DNA of 64,000 nucleotides from Haplodiscus bocki. Lineage: Eukaryota. Each line of letters begins with the position of its first letter. The first letter of the stretch is position 1. Positions 1 through 11,570 of this stretch are shown piece by piece. The position numbers and the translations under genes were made by a program. Below the pieces are notes generated by a model. The model did not search any database. It had not been told where the DNA came from and was given only the letters and a program-made list of their open reading frames with translations. Where the stretch lies: assembly GCA_965655095.1 (NCBI GenBank), contig OZ296649.1, positions 97,216,001-97,280,000 of the forward strand, given 5' to 3'.

Positions 1-597
1 CACTTTTCCGCTTCTTAGGCACACACCGCATGTCCCAAATAATGAACAACTGTCAATAAACTTACGCATTTGTTGAAGGTAACTAAGGTATTCTGTTTAT
101 GTTTGAAAGAAGAGTAAAGGTGCAGAGGTTTTTACTGGTGTTTAAGGTTTTTTACTATTCTGCATCTGCGCGTACCGCACGCTGTCAATAAAATTACGCA
201 ATTGTCTAAATTGATCGTGATCATGTATGACCTTCAAAATTTTTGGAGTACGTTGTACCATTTGAACTATACTAGCAATAATTATGCAGTTGCAAATGGT
301 ACCTAGTAGCAATGGACCTAGGTGCATTTTACGTCGTAGCCAATGAACTAGTACCAAAAGTCCTGTAACTATCAAAAACGCTGGAAAATTCACCGGCTAA
401 TTCTTTTCGACGACCCAGCGGACTGAAAAGCTAACTTTTGAATGAAAAAGCGTTGGAATTTGAATCAAGTTCTCAAACTTTGCAATTCAAACAAGATATT
501 TTGATCACTTTGTGGTCACGCTGAAAAGTTTATCAGTTTTTGGCATGAACGCTCAGCAAAACGTTAGTCAGAATTTTCATGCCACTAGAAGCAGAAA

Positions 598-615
598 TGG
601 TGACAGGAGTGGGAT
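598..615 (+). promoter_or_regulatory. Primer-binding site (PBS) complementary to the 3' 18 nt of a tRNA-Leu; belongs to a truncated LTR element whose LTR would end near 597
   Basis: TGGTGACAGGAGTGGGAT. Its reverse complement ATCCCACTCCTGTCA-CCA resembles a eukaryotic tRNA-Leu 3' end plus CCA. The same TGGTGACAG core follows the LTR of element C and, degenerately, of element B. Confidence 0.75.
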
Positions 616-617
616 TA

Positions 618-2364
618 TGTGATGAATCTCTTCTTTTTCTGAATCATTTATATTATTAGAGTTGTAAGTAGAGAACACCACTTCAGGACAGGGATCGCCT
701 AGGAAACGATTCCCAGTGGGTTCCCGGTTTTCCGAGTCGTTGTTACTGGAAGTTCCCGGAACAGCTATGGAACAAGTCCGAACTTGTGGGTTGAGAAGAC
801 ATTCGTTAAGCTTAGACAAAGCATCCAAAATGCGTGACTCCTCCCGGCTGAATTCTTTAGAAATTTTTTAAATGACCCTGCCGTTAATTTCCTCAAAAAC
901 CTGGGAGATGTACTCTTGAGCCTTCCCCGGATCAAATATGTTTTGTGACTGACTGTTCCTTGTATCTTCAGGTGTTTCCCTCGAAACTGCCGCCAAATTG
1001 CTCTCATTCCTTAAAGTTGCTATGATGCTAAGCGAAAAGTTCTGTCAGTTATGGAAACTGAATTGGATTTTTAATTCTATAACAAGGGCAAACATCTCCT
1101 CCTAATATGGGGGAAAGTTTCAATCAAAGCAAACAGTTAACATTTTCAAGAAAAATGATACAGTAACAAAGGCTACAAAGTTTTATAACAATAGTAGTAG
1201 TTTCATTTCTCCTATTTGTACCTTTTGCTTGGCGGTAAGCATAATTGTTTACACGCCAATTCAAGGTACAATTAGGGCAAAGAACTTTAATTTTTTTATC
1301 TATAAAGGAAAAATGCCGACTCTGGCGGGAAATAAGCATTTCTCTGTCCACTTCTTCCTTCATGGCCCGCGTCTTTTCCATCTTTGAACGTAAAAGGTAC
1401 GGGTCTAATCCGTCAGAAAAGGACATTGAAGTAGCTATTCCCGCGCCGAAACGTTGAAAAAAACATAAACAAAAGATCAAACATGTTTTCCACAAGAGGA
1501 AAGTAGTAAAAACTCATCAAAAAATAAATAAAATACTTATAACAAAGTACATATATTGATAGATAAAATTCATTTTTAGATGGGTTTACATACTGAATCG
1601 GTTAAATCCACTGCTGGGAACAAAACTATGTTTTTTCTTATCCCGTTCCACATTGCTATCAGCTCGCACCTCACTTTGGCCGAAGCGTTCCGGAACGACC
1701 ACGTAGCCCGTTGTAGGTCTGCTCTCCGGAGTTCTACTGAGTAGAATTAATCAGGTGGCTACGTAACAGCATGGTGGCGCGGCGGATTGGTTTAAATTCT
1801 AGTGATGTCAGCAGATTGGTACAACGGAACACAAACGGAACAAATATTCACTATTAAAGTCAAGCTCTGTAATATTAGCCGTACTAGTTATTGCAAACTT
1901 GTTGACACTGCCAATCTTGGTTTAAAATACTGCACTAGTCAATTTAAAAGGTGGATTTTTGTAATCATCAGTTAAATTACTTATAAAAATAGCCCCTAAT
2001 AAAGAAATAAAAATACAGTTGGGAAAATAGATGAATATCCTTTTTTCCCGTATTTGCTCCGTCCCAATCTGGATCAATTCACCGGAATTACACGTACACG
2101 ATACCTGCTTTTACATGAAGTACATGTTATGGAAGGATACGTAACTACTACGTAATGTTTAAATGAATTACATATATGTGCATAAGGTTGATACGTAACT
2201 ACTACGTATCGTTTATATACAGTTGATGAAAAATAATGTACTATATGCAAATGAATAAAATTTTGAGTTTATTGGCATGTATATGTTTAGGTCTAGTGTT
2301 TGTAAAGTTTCAGTGCTTAGTAGACGGTCCTGGAATGTCCTTTTTCGGGGGACATGTTGCGACA
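618..2364 (-). mobile_element. Solo LTR (~1.75 kb) of a sister subfamily of element B, inverted
   Basis: Minus strand starts TGTCGCAACA (element B 3' LTR starts TGTCGCAGCA) and ends CATCACA. Reverse complement of 1310-1455 aligns with 27198-27345. It encodes the same Gag N-terminal peptide as 27638-28048. No convincing TSD (GATTA vs GTAAG). Confidence 0.8.
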
Positions 2365-3481
2365 GTAAGCTATGGCATCGAAGATTAAGAAAACATGGGA
2401 TACAAAAGCGTTCAATTCAGTGAGATAGTTGCGTTACCATTTTTGGAAGAGTGAATTGCATCACGGCCATACCTTTCTATTGAAATGCACAAGGCGTGGT
2501 ACACTGCAAGGGGTCCATGTTTGAAAAAACCATTGAGCCCAAAAGTTTTTAGAGCGCAGATTGCCATTGTGGCTAATTTTTAATAGGAACGGGTTGGGTT
2601 AATTTTTGGAGCAAATATGACTTTGGAGCTCAATTTTTATGATTAGCTAATTAAAATTATGCTGGTGCCTGGAGGAACAACCATGATGCTTAAAGATTGC
2701 ATCCGATAAGACAATGCAGATCCAGAGGTGGGAGTTTTTATAAATTGCAGGCAGTGGCACCCTGTAAGAAGGCACTGTCAAACCGATTTTGCGAAGTTAT
2801 TTTGTCCTGGAAATGCCGATCACCAATACGTCTTTTTTTGCAGGGTGATAGTCCATAAGAAAAGTTGATCAGTTCAGCGCATATTTAGTATGAAACATAT
2901 AAATGTGAATAGGGGAAAGGCTGAATTAACAGGTTCATCTCAACAATTGGGTTTTGTCACAAAAGTTTTAGAGATCCGCTGCTTTCACGTACTGTTGAAA
3001 GGTTTGAGAATGTCGAGACTTCGGATCGAATAAAATGTTCTGTGGTAATTCAGTCGATAGCAGTCTTGATTTGTCTCAAATAGAACTGTCAGACCCAAAG
3101 ATGCCAAAGCTTGGTTGTCGGTGAGGATGTGGAAATATGTGAAACTTATCGTATAAATATTTGCAAGAGTTATTTGGTAGCTTTGAAATAGAGATGAATT
3201 AATTGCAAGTACCTGTTTTCCAATTATTAATGGCAATTATTAGATGCAAAAGTATGAAAATGTTGGTGTCTGTCTTCCAGGTAGCCTGCTCGATAAAACG
3301 TTGCTTGAACTCTGCTGAAGCTAAATTAAATGAAGAAATCAAAAACAATGTTTGCCCTCCTGCATTTACTTGCAGGCTGTAGCATTAAGGTTACGACAGC
3401 AGGGCAAGCATTCTATATTCCAGTTGTTAAAAAAGCGACAGAAAATAGTTGGAGTATATTAGAAAGAAGTATAATGAGATT

Positions 3482-3880
3482 TGTCATCTACTGAAAAATT
3501 TGTTTCGTTGATGACAGATGAACTTCAAACTAAACTCCGAATGCCTTGATATTTAACTTTAAATATTCAACGTTAAATAAATTTTTACTCTCTTAAATAT
3601 TTTTTCACGATGTTTATTTAATATTGACGAGAGCTGATCTCAAAATCAACAGCTCAGAAGACTATCAATTGAAATATTGAAAAGAATCTCTCTATTAACA
3701 AAAAACAGGAATGTGCCCATGCACCGAAGCAAGAACTTCTCTGCTTGCGAAAACATAACGTTCTCATATTTAAACAATCAAGACCTGAAATAGCGATAAA
3801 TAACGTGCTGACAGTTGGAAGACAATTCTCAAAATTCAAAAAAAAGAACTATCCTTTTTGGGTTAAAAAGCCCTCTGGTG
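3482..3880 (+). repeat. 5' LTR of element A (may extend to TTGACA at 4039)
   Basis: 3482-3810 aligns with 17690-18010, e.g. CAAAATCAACAGCTCAGAAGACTATCAATTGAAATATTGAAAA vs CAAAATCAACAACCCAGAAGACTAACAATTGAAATATTGAAAA. Confidence 0.75.
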
Positions 3881-4859
3881 CTCCCTACCGACCACCCATT
3901 GCGATGTCTTCACGTCATCCACCAAACACAGCCACATCATCAATGTGGAGATCCACTTTCACGCTGAAACCCATTTCCAGAACCAAGGAGCTGCACAACT
4001 GCAACAAAACGCTGATGAGAGTATCGTTCAACCTTGACAAACAATGTACATTTGTCTGAGGTTGGTGCTGTGCGCTTTCACGGAAAATTTCCGACAGAAA
4101 ATTACTGGAAATCAACTCAGTCTGGAGTGCGAAAATTTTCTTGATAAAAATTTGGAAAAGCTCTGTGCAATAGAGTTTTTGACGCAAAAGACGAGCAGTT
4201 GAACATTGGTGGAGAAACCCTACGATTGATGTTCGATTGATGTTCAGTTGGGACAAGACAACGACGCGACATTGGGAAGTTTCGACTTCCATTCAGGCGT
4301 TCTATATGATATTCCAATTCAATGCCGAAAATTCAGTGCTGTCGATGAGTTAAAAACCAGTTTTCATGTAGTGAGTTCTATGATGTTTGAAACGTTTCAT
4401 TCCGTTCGTTTGCCTTCATGCAGCATGAAACGCCTTTTTTCCTTCAACTTCTTGAATCCGAGATTGTTTTTCTTTGAATCATTGGAACATCCAACAGAGT
4501 GTCAAGAAGTTTTTTTCAAGTTTCTGAGTTTCTGTTTTATATTTGCAAAAACGGAATTCGCGCACCTACTCTGATTTTTTGAAGTGATTTTATTTATCTA
4601 ATTGCGTGCCGCTGTAATGGTAAGCTTAGTGTTTTCGTCATATGTTGATCTTTCAACGGTTTTTACAAAAAAACTGATAGAAAAACTCTTCAAAGAACTT
4701 TCCGCAGCAAATATTTCTAATATCTTCCAGAAATTTACTTTCGTAAAGTAGCAGAATTGTTTCACGAAGTAATTTTATTTTTTCAACGTTAACTTCCCTT
4801 CGAACAGTTTCCAGTTTTTCCTCCTAACTTATTTTAATCCTAACTTCAAATTAAAAATT

Positions 4860-6133
4860 ATGGCTCCACCTCAACTTTAGCTCAACCCTTATTCTGGTTC
4901 TTGCGAATTTGAAAATTTATTGCGCAGTATTGTAGCTGTAACAGCAGTTCCTAAAATCCAACAGGCTATTTTTCTACAATTGCATCTCTGTGATGCAGCG
5001 TAACGATTTTTTTAAACCTTACCTTTGGCAACGCGTCAAAATTTGGAACTCTCAAAAAAAGATTTGCGGGATCGCTTTTATAATCCTGAATTAAAAGGAT
5101 AACATGTCTTAAAACTGGAAACCATGATTTTTGATTCAAAAACAGACAGTCCTCACAGTTTTGTGGTCACGTTAGAAACCAAAATAATGAAAGACATTTT
5201 GGTTTCAAATCTTCCGGTTGTTGGTCCACTTGATGATCATGTAGCGGATGCGGCTAATGAACCAACTATGTTCGACCGAAAAACGGCGCGCCGCGCAGAA
5301 ATCAAACGTTCGAATTACGGAGCCCGTTTTGTTCAATTTAGACGACAGTATACTATAAAATGCCTGGCTGGCTGCCTGCATAATTGTTAGAGCAACCTAG
5401 AAAAAACTACAGTGGAGGACTTATGATCTTTTGCGCGAAAACATGTGGCAACTCATATTCTTTGCCGAGCAGACGTTTCTGTCATGGACGCATTCAGGAC
5501 GCCTCCGGTTACAGATACACTCGTTACTGCTTCGACAAAACTGAGCACGATTCAAGAAGCAATGGACAATAGACTAAATGGAAAGCCAAAAAAGTAACAG
5601 AAAACGAAACACTACTCCATCGAATCAATTCAACGACCTCCCGAAAAATCAAACATAACAACCCAGGAGCGGCTCTTTTTATCAAACCGGTGGCCAACAC
5701 CCAATTTGTCCAAGAAGTAAAAACTGCGCACTTTTTAGAAGTCACTTCAGCTGAGTGCCTCCAAACCTTCCAACACCTCAGTGACCAAATCAAAACCCAA
5801 TTAGTTACACGCATCGACAACAGTCAAAAAAATTTTTCCTAATCGCAAAACTCGAATTCCTTTTTTCAGCCGCAAAACTTGAACTTTCCGCTGCAAAATC
5901 AAATTTTTCAGCAACAAAATCAGAGTTCTTAAGCTCAGATCTCTATCTATCAACCAAAATCTTCCTTTGAAGTCTTTGCGCTTGATCCTAATTACATACC
6001 TTTTACACAACAAGCTCAGTTTACATGTCGAACATTTGTTCATCAAACCAACCTAGCGACAAATAGTACAGTATTAGAAAATCTTACGCCACGCGGAGCA
6101 CAAATTCTTTTTATTCAAAATCCCAAAAAATAA
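4860..6133 (+). pseudogene. gag: gag remnant of element A
   Basis: ATG at 4860. EFENLLRSIVAVTAVPKIQQAIFLQLHLCDAA matches QFEELFRGIIGVAGIAGAQQANFLHLHLKDDA of element C. Ends CCCAAAAAATAA, like CCAAAAAACTAA in C. Many stops and frameshifts. Confidence 0.8.
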
Positions 6134-9100
6134 TTACGCAGCACAAGGATCCAAAGGCAAAACTTGTAAAGAAATTCCGGTAAAAAAATTCTGACACACT
6201 CAATGAATCTTCGCTCGAATACCTGCCAGAAGTGTGTGCTGTACTTACAATTGGGGAGAAAATCTTTCCTGTGTTCGCTGAATAATTGCTGATCCACTGA
6301 AACGAAGAGTCTAATCGATACGAACTTTTTTGCTATTGTCCTACTTGAATACCTATTCAACGACCTTAACCTGATTATTTTTAGTTTTTCCTCTTTAGAA
6401 AAACCATCCTTTACTTCTGTCAGAAAGGCTTCTGGTCAGAGAGTTCCCATTAATAAACAAACAAAATTTTCAACTCAGATCGTTCCTCATTCTTTCCAAG
6501 ACACCTTCTTCGATAATACTTAATATAAACAGTGTTATTCTTGGCAATCATTTTTTCAAAAACGAAAGATTCCAATTGATCCAAAACATACTTTTGTTAC
6601 ATTCTCCCAATTTAATGGTACAACGAAATCAAATATTGTTTGAACAGTGTAAAAACTGATACACAAAGAAATTACCGAAAGTTTCTTCAAATTTGGCGAA
6701 AAAAATACAAATACCGCTTTAGTCGTAAGCACTTTTTGAACGTCGTTTGTAGAAATGTTTCGAGCAGTATCAATCTTTTACCGGTCTTTTAACACCGAGC
6801 AACCACTTTACAATATGTAGTTTTGCTTTTTTTTCGTCTTTTGTCAAAACTGATGACAACGGTAAAGTTTTTGTTTCTGCTACAATTGTTTCTGAACATC
6901 AAATAGCACTCTTTGACCTAACGAAAAAAATTCACGTTGAAAGTTTGAATAAACCACAAGATGATAATCTCATTGAGATTGATCTACGTTTAATTTAATT
7001 AGCAAAATTGATTACTCGATTAACTTCGAAGGCATACTGAACCCGTTAATTCAAGGTTTTAACTTTCAAAGAAATTGATACACCAAGAAGTCGCCCACAT
7101 CCGGATTACTCAATACGCTGATTTCTAGTTCCAGTGACATGATTTTTTTTTCCAATTCAACACCTCCGCGACGACAAAATATCATCAATTTTTGCAGCTT
7201 CGGAGACAACAAATAGTGGACCCTAATAACGTAGACGCGGAGAAATTAGATTTTTCAGAGAAAATTTTCATGGGACATTTGTGTACTAAGTGCTGATCAA
7301 AAAAGAAACCTGAGGAATCTCTGGTTTCATACCATGACGTGTTTGCCAAACGTCGTTTTCATGTATGTTATAGCACAGAACTCAAAATTAACCAAACACC
7401 TGAACACCCACTTCCTGTGTACGTTCAACGTCGCCCAGCTCCATTTCACCTGCGTGATGAAATTTCTTTCGAGTTGTCATTATTGTAATACTTTAAAAAT
7501 ATAGTAAACTTTTCATATTCCAAAAAAACAATCCGTTATTTGTTCCCCCATATCATCAAGCAAACTCTGAATTCTTTTTGGTTCAAGAACAGTTAACTAT
7601 CTCCTTTTCCTACGAAATGATTTCTTAGGAAACAATTTTTCAATCATAAATATGAATGCCACCAACAACTTCGTCGAAAAAGAATTGTTTCGTAAATTAG
7701 ATTTTTCACAAGCATACCATTGAGTTCAAATGGCAGATGACCTTTCGAGCCAAATTTCGACTTTTACAATTCGATCTTTAGCGTACAATTGCTTACCGCA
7801 AGGCTTGAGAAGTTTGGTCACGGATTCAGCTCCTTTGTCAAGCACTACCTTGACACCTGCCTTGCATCAAGAATTTGTACGCAACTCGTGGAAGATAACG
7901 CTGCTGGAGTGAATATTCTCGACGAATTGATTCCAGCAATCAAAAATATTGATTGTTTGAGACAATCGCGTTTGGAACTTTCAGCGCATAGAAGTGAATT
8001 TGGAACAATGAAAATTAGCTACTTATGTCGTACATTTGATCCGAAAAAAATTAAGCCGAAGCTGCAAAAACTGAAAAAAAAATGGAGTAAGTTACAACGC
8101 CCATCACAATGAAACAAATGGAATGCCTAAGAGTTCAAATTTTTTTTCCTAATTTTGGACAAAAAATTTTGCAATTTTAGTAACTTTTACGGAAAGATAA
8201 CACGTTTTCACAATAAAAAAGATCCCCATGAATCTTCCAACATTTTGGGAGCTGACTTATCACGTGCTACACGTGTATTAATACCTTTAGAAAAACGAGA
8301 CATTCAGTATGTCAATATTTGTGATTCCACTTTTCGCCGCAATGGATTTGTATTGAAGCTTGAAGATTACTTGATTGATCTGAAAGGCAAAACAAAGAAC
8401 TTATGCTCCAGTGTCTTTTGATTTGAGATTTTTTACAACAACACAACTCAATTTTTCTGTTTAGTCAAAAAAACTCTGTACTTTGCCTTAGATTATTTTG
8501 CACTTTTCATTTGAAGCGCAACAGAACCAGTCCTCTTTTTGACTGTTAGCTGCAAATAAACACAGTTTTCATGTCAAAAAGCATTCATCCATCCCTATGG
8601 AAATGTTTAGACAGATTTCCTACTTTTAATTTTGTACTTGCTCACATGCCCGGGAACAAAAATCTGCTGAGAATTCTCTCTCACGCCTGTAAATCGATCC
8701 TATCTTCACCTTACAGATAAAACTTACGGACCAAGTATTTGTGAAGGAGAGCGAAATGACAACGGATGCAAAAACGTTGTCAAGTTTTAGTGAACTACCC
8801 GATTTTCTGAGGACAAACAACCTGTTGATGATAAACAATTCAACAATCAATTGAAGGCGAAAGGTCTGTACGACCAATTTTTAGTAAAACAATCTAGCTA
8901 CGACCCGGATGTCGATTCACGCATTTTTTCTCTCGTTCATGAATTAAACTTGTGAATTTGATCAGAACAAATTCTTTTGAAGACACTTTGAAGGGTTTAC
9001 CGAACCATACACAAACTCTTAAAATGGTACAGGAGCAAAAATGTGATGAAGTTATCTAGGAAATAGTTTCAAAGAAAAATTGGGGTATCACAGATGAACC

Positions 9101-11570
9101 AACAAACTTACCCCAACTTGACTGAAGTAACGGAAAAGTTTAACCAACTGTTTGTTGAAAATGAATTTTTAGATAGTTTATTTTATGAATACTCCGGTAA
9201 ATTAAATTACAAACAAAATTATGTACCGACAACTCTTTGACGTGAAGTTGTCCGCCTTGATAATTCAAAATTTAGCTAACTTTCTGGCGTAGCCAAAACG
9301 TTTGAACAATTTTGGAAACGTTTTTTTCCGAAATTCACAATTTTTAACCTCTACGATCCAAAATTGCCTAGCCTGCTGACAACTTAAACGCCTTTCATCT
9401 AAAAATTTGAAAACGCCCTTAAAGCCAGGTTCGTCTGAAACATCCTACCCTTGTGAAGTTTTTCAAATCGACCTGATTGGACCAAAAAAGTCATAAGTTT
9501 ACTGACATAAGTTGACAACTATCGTGGTTTTTACCAGATACTTCTTCGCTGTTCCTTTGACAAATGTGAGAGCAGACACTATTTCCTGTTAACTAACATC
9601 CATTTTCTTCAGACACTGTTGTTACCCGACAACAAATGTTTCTGACCCAAAAACTGCCTTAGTTTTTGAAACACCGGAACGGAAAAGCAAAAAAAGAACA
9701 AGAACATGCAAGTTTAAAACATTCACGAAAAGAAGGAGTTGTTGAACACTCCAATAGTGCACGTAAACTTTTACTGAAGTCAAGTACTAATGAGGAATGG
9801 AACGTATGGTTTATGTCGGTACAATTAGCATTTTTCTATTCATAATAACTGACTGTAGCCCTACAGTTCTTTTTGGTGGACGTGAAATATCAAAATTATT
9901 AGATCTACGAATCAAAAACACTTTGTTGGAACGTATTTTTTCGAAAATTTTTTACGTTTTCGCAGTACCAGATGCAATGAACAAATATTCTTCCGAAACA
10001 AAACTCAATTTGACAAATATTTACAATAATTACCACGATCATTATCATAGTAAAGATAAAACGTAGCCGTTGGCTCTCTTTCCCATGTCTCTTTTACTAA
10101 ATTCAAACCAAATAAAGCAAATGATTTTGCGAAAAAACCGTTGCTCTTTTGGCTTCCCGTCTATCTTCTAATCACAAAAATTGCAAAGTTGGCACGAACT
10201 AAACACAATGTGTCCAGAGAATTCGCCTAAGACCTGTGACTCCACAAAGTTGCGTTGATGATCTAATAATCAGCAGTTTCGGAAATTACCAAAGAGTTTT
10301 ATCGTTTGGCCACATTCCTGAAGAACCAACGTTGTTTGATGAAATCAATCTTTTTTTGTTGGGACCTCCCACCACAGAGGCCGCAACACATCCTGTGACG
10401 GAAGATCAGCCACCCGTCACTGTTAGTAATCGTTTTCCGATCGCTTCAGCGCCCGTAACAGTCGACCTGACAGATGCAACGGCTTCTTTGACTCTACCTC
10501 CTGCGGCCGCGGCCCCATTTCCTTTGGTGCCAACTGTCACAGCGACTGTTGACACGGGAGAGTCACAAGTCCAAGAGCGACTTTAACTTCCTAGTCAAGA
10601 TGCTCTATCAACAATTGATAACCATTCACAAAATGATTAATTACCTAATTTTTTTCAAGTGGCAGCATTGACAGCTCCGACTACGCCACACGAGAAAATT
10701 CCGTGTACTCGCATACTTTCTCAAATGCTACAGTTTTTGAAAGCCTACAGAACTCATCTTCTAGTTAAAATTTACCTACCTCTTTAGATCTCAGACCAAG
10801 ACTACCTTATCGGGACTATCATGAGAAAGAAAAGTTGGGACTATCATCATAAATTGTGCTGTTTTTCGTTTAGTGACCCGTTTGCTTTGCCAAATAAGTT
10901 GATCCAGAGTCAAAAACGATATGTGATCATTGAATTGTGTCAACGAATCCAAACACTTCCAAATACTTCTAAAGTACATAAAGACACATATGTAGACAAT
11001 ACTTGAACAGTTTTATGCATACGAACCAGTTGACACCACATGGGTATTGAAAACGCCAAAAACTGGTGAAGGAACGGTACTTCATGAAAAATTTACAAAA
11101 AAAGGTTATTGCAACAGAATGACGTCAACGAAGTAAAAGATGCATTTTCACATCCAAAATTTTTTTCACAGTCAGTTATATTAAGCGCTGCTACATGCAT
11201 AACACGTTGCGTTTGTTTCGATTTTTTGTGGTCAGAAGATTAACTTTTACGCTCGGTTGTTGTTATCTTCAACTGCAGGAGGTGCGAAAATTGTCTTTGA
11301 ATCTTTTTCGACATGATTCCCTGGTAGTTTGTTTTGATCAATGGAACAATCGATAACTTTACAAGCTGGTAACAGAAGGCAATTTTTTCAAGAACCAACC
11401 TTAAAACACTAAAAATGGGCCTCCAGACGCTAAAGCAATACTTGAAGTGGCCTAACCCTGGTTAAGGTTCAAAAGATTCATAAACCCGGTTGTTGCTATG
11501 CCCAACAACATTGGCCAACATTTGTTTTAATTTTTTTTCCGGTTCAAACTATAAATCTACATTTTTTCAA
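6134..11570 (+). pseudogene. pol: pol remnant of element A (PR-RT-RH-IN plus C-terminal extension)
   Basis: SLIDT at ~6308 (protease site). LFRKLDFSQAYH*VQMAD at ~7685. GHGFSSFVKHYLDTCLASRICTQL (RT). VNICDSTFRRNGFVLKLED (RH). Integrase fragments ~9100-10250. Heavily disrupted. Confidence 0.8.
11150..11570 (+). pseudogene. Macrodomain (TARG1/OARD1/Poa1p-like) remnant at end of element A pol
   Basis: Manual translation across frameshifts gives LSAATCITRCVCFD ... DSLVVCFDQWNNR*LYKLVTEGNFF/QEPTL ... VQKIHKPGCCYAQQHWPTF. This matches the family order LAHCxSxD / YIYxLVTK...KPT / PxIGCGLDxLxW. Confidence 0.6.

Noticed and set aside
598-615. tRNA-Leu gene on the minus strand
   Set aside because: Only the 3' 18 nt including CCA are present and no cloverleaf lies upstream; this is the signature of a PBS.
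1124-1495. ORF with MEKTRAMKEEVDRE, echoed at 27223-27453 and ~40614
   Set aside because: Frames diverge between the three LTR copies right after this motif; nucleotide homology of the LTRs is sufficient explanation.
2365-3481. Possible RNase H/LINE remnant (HILTDNQA on the minus strand)
   Set aside because: Single short motif with no supporting motifs in a consistent frame.
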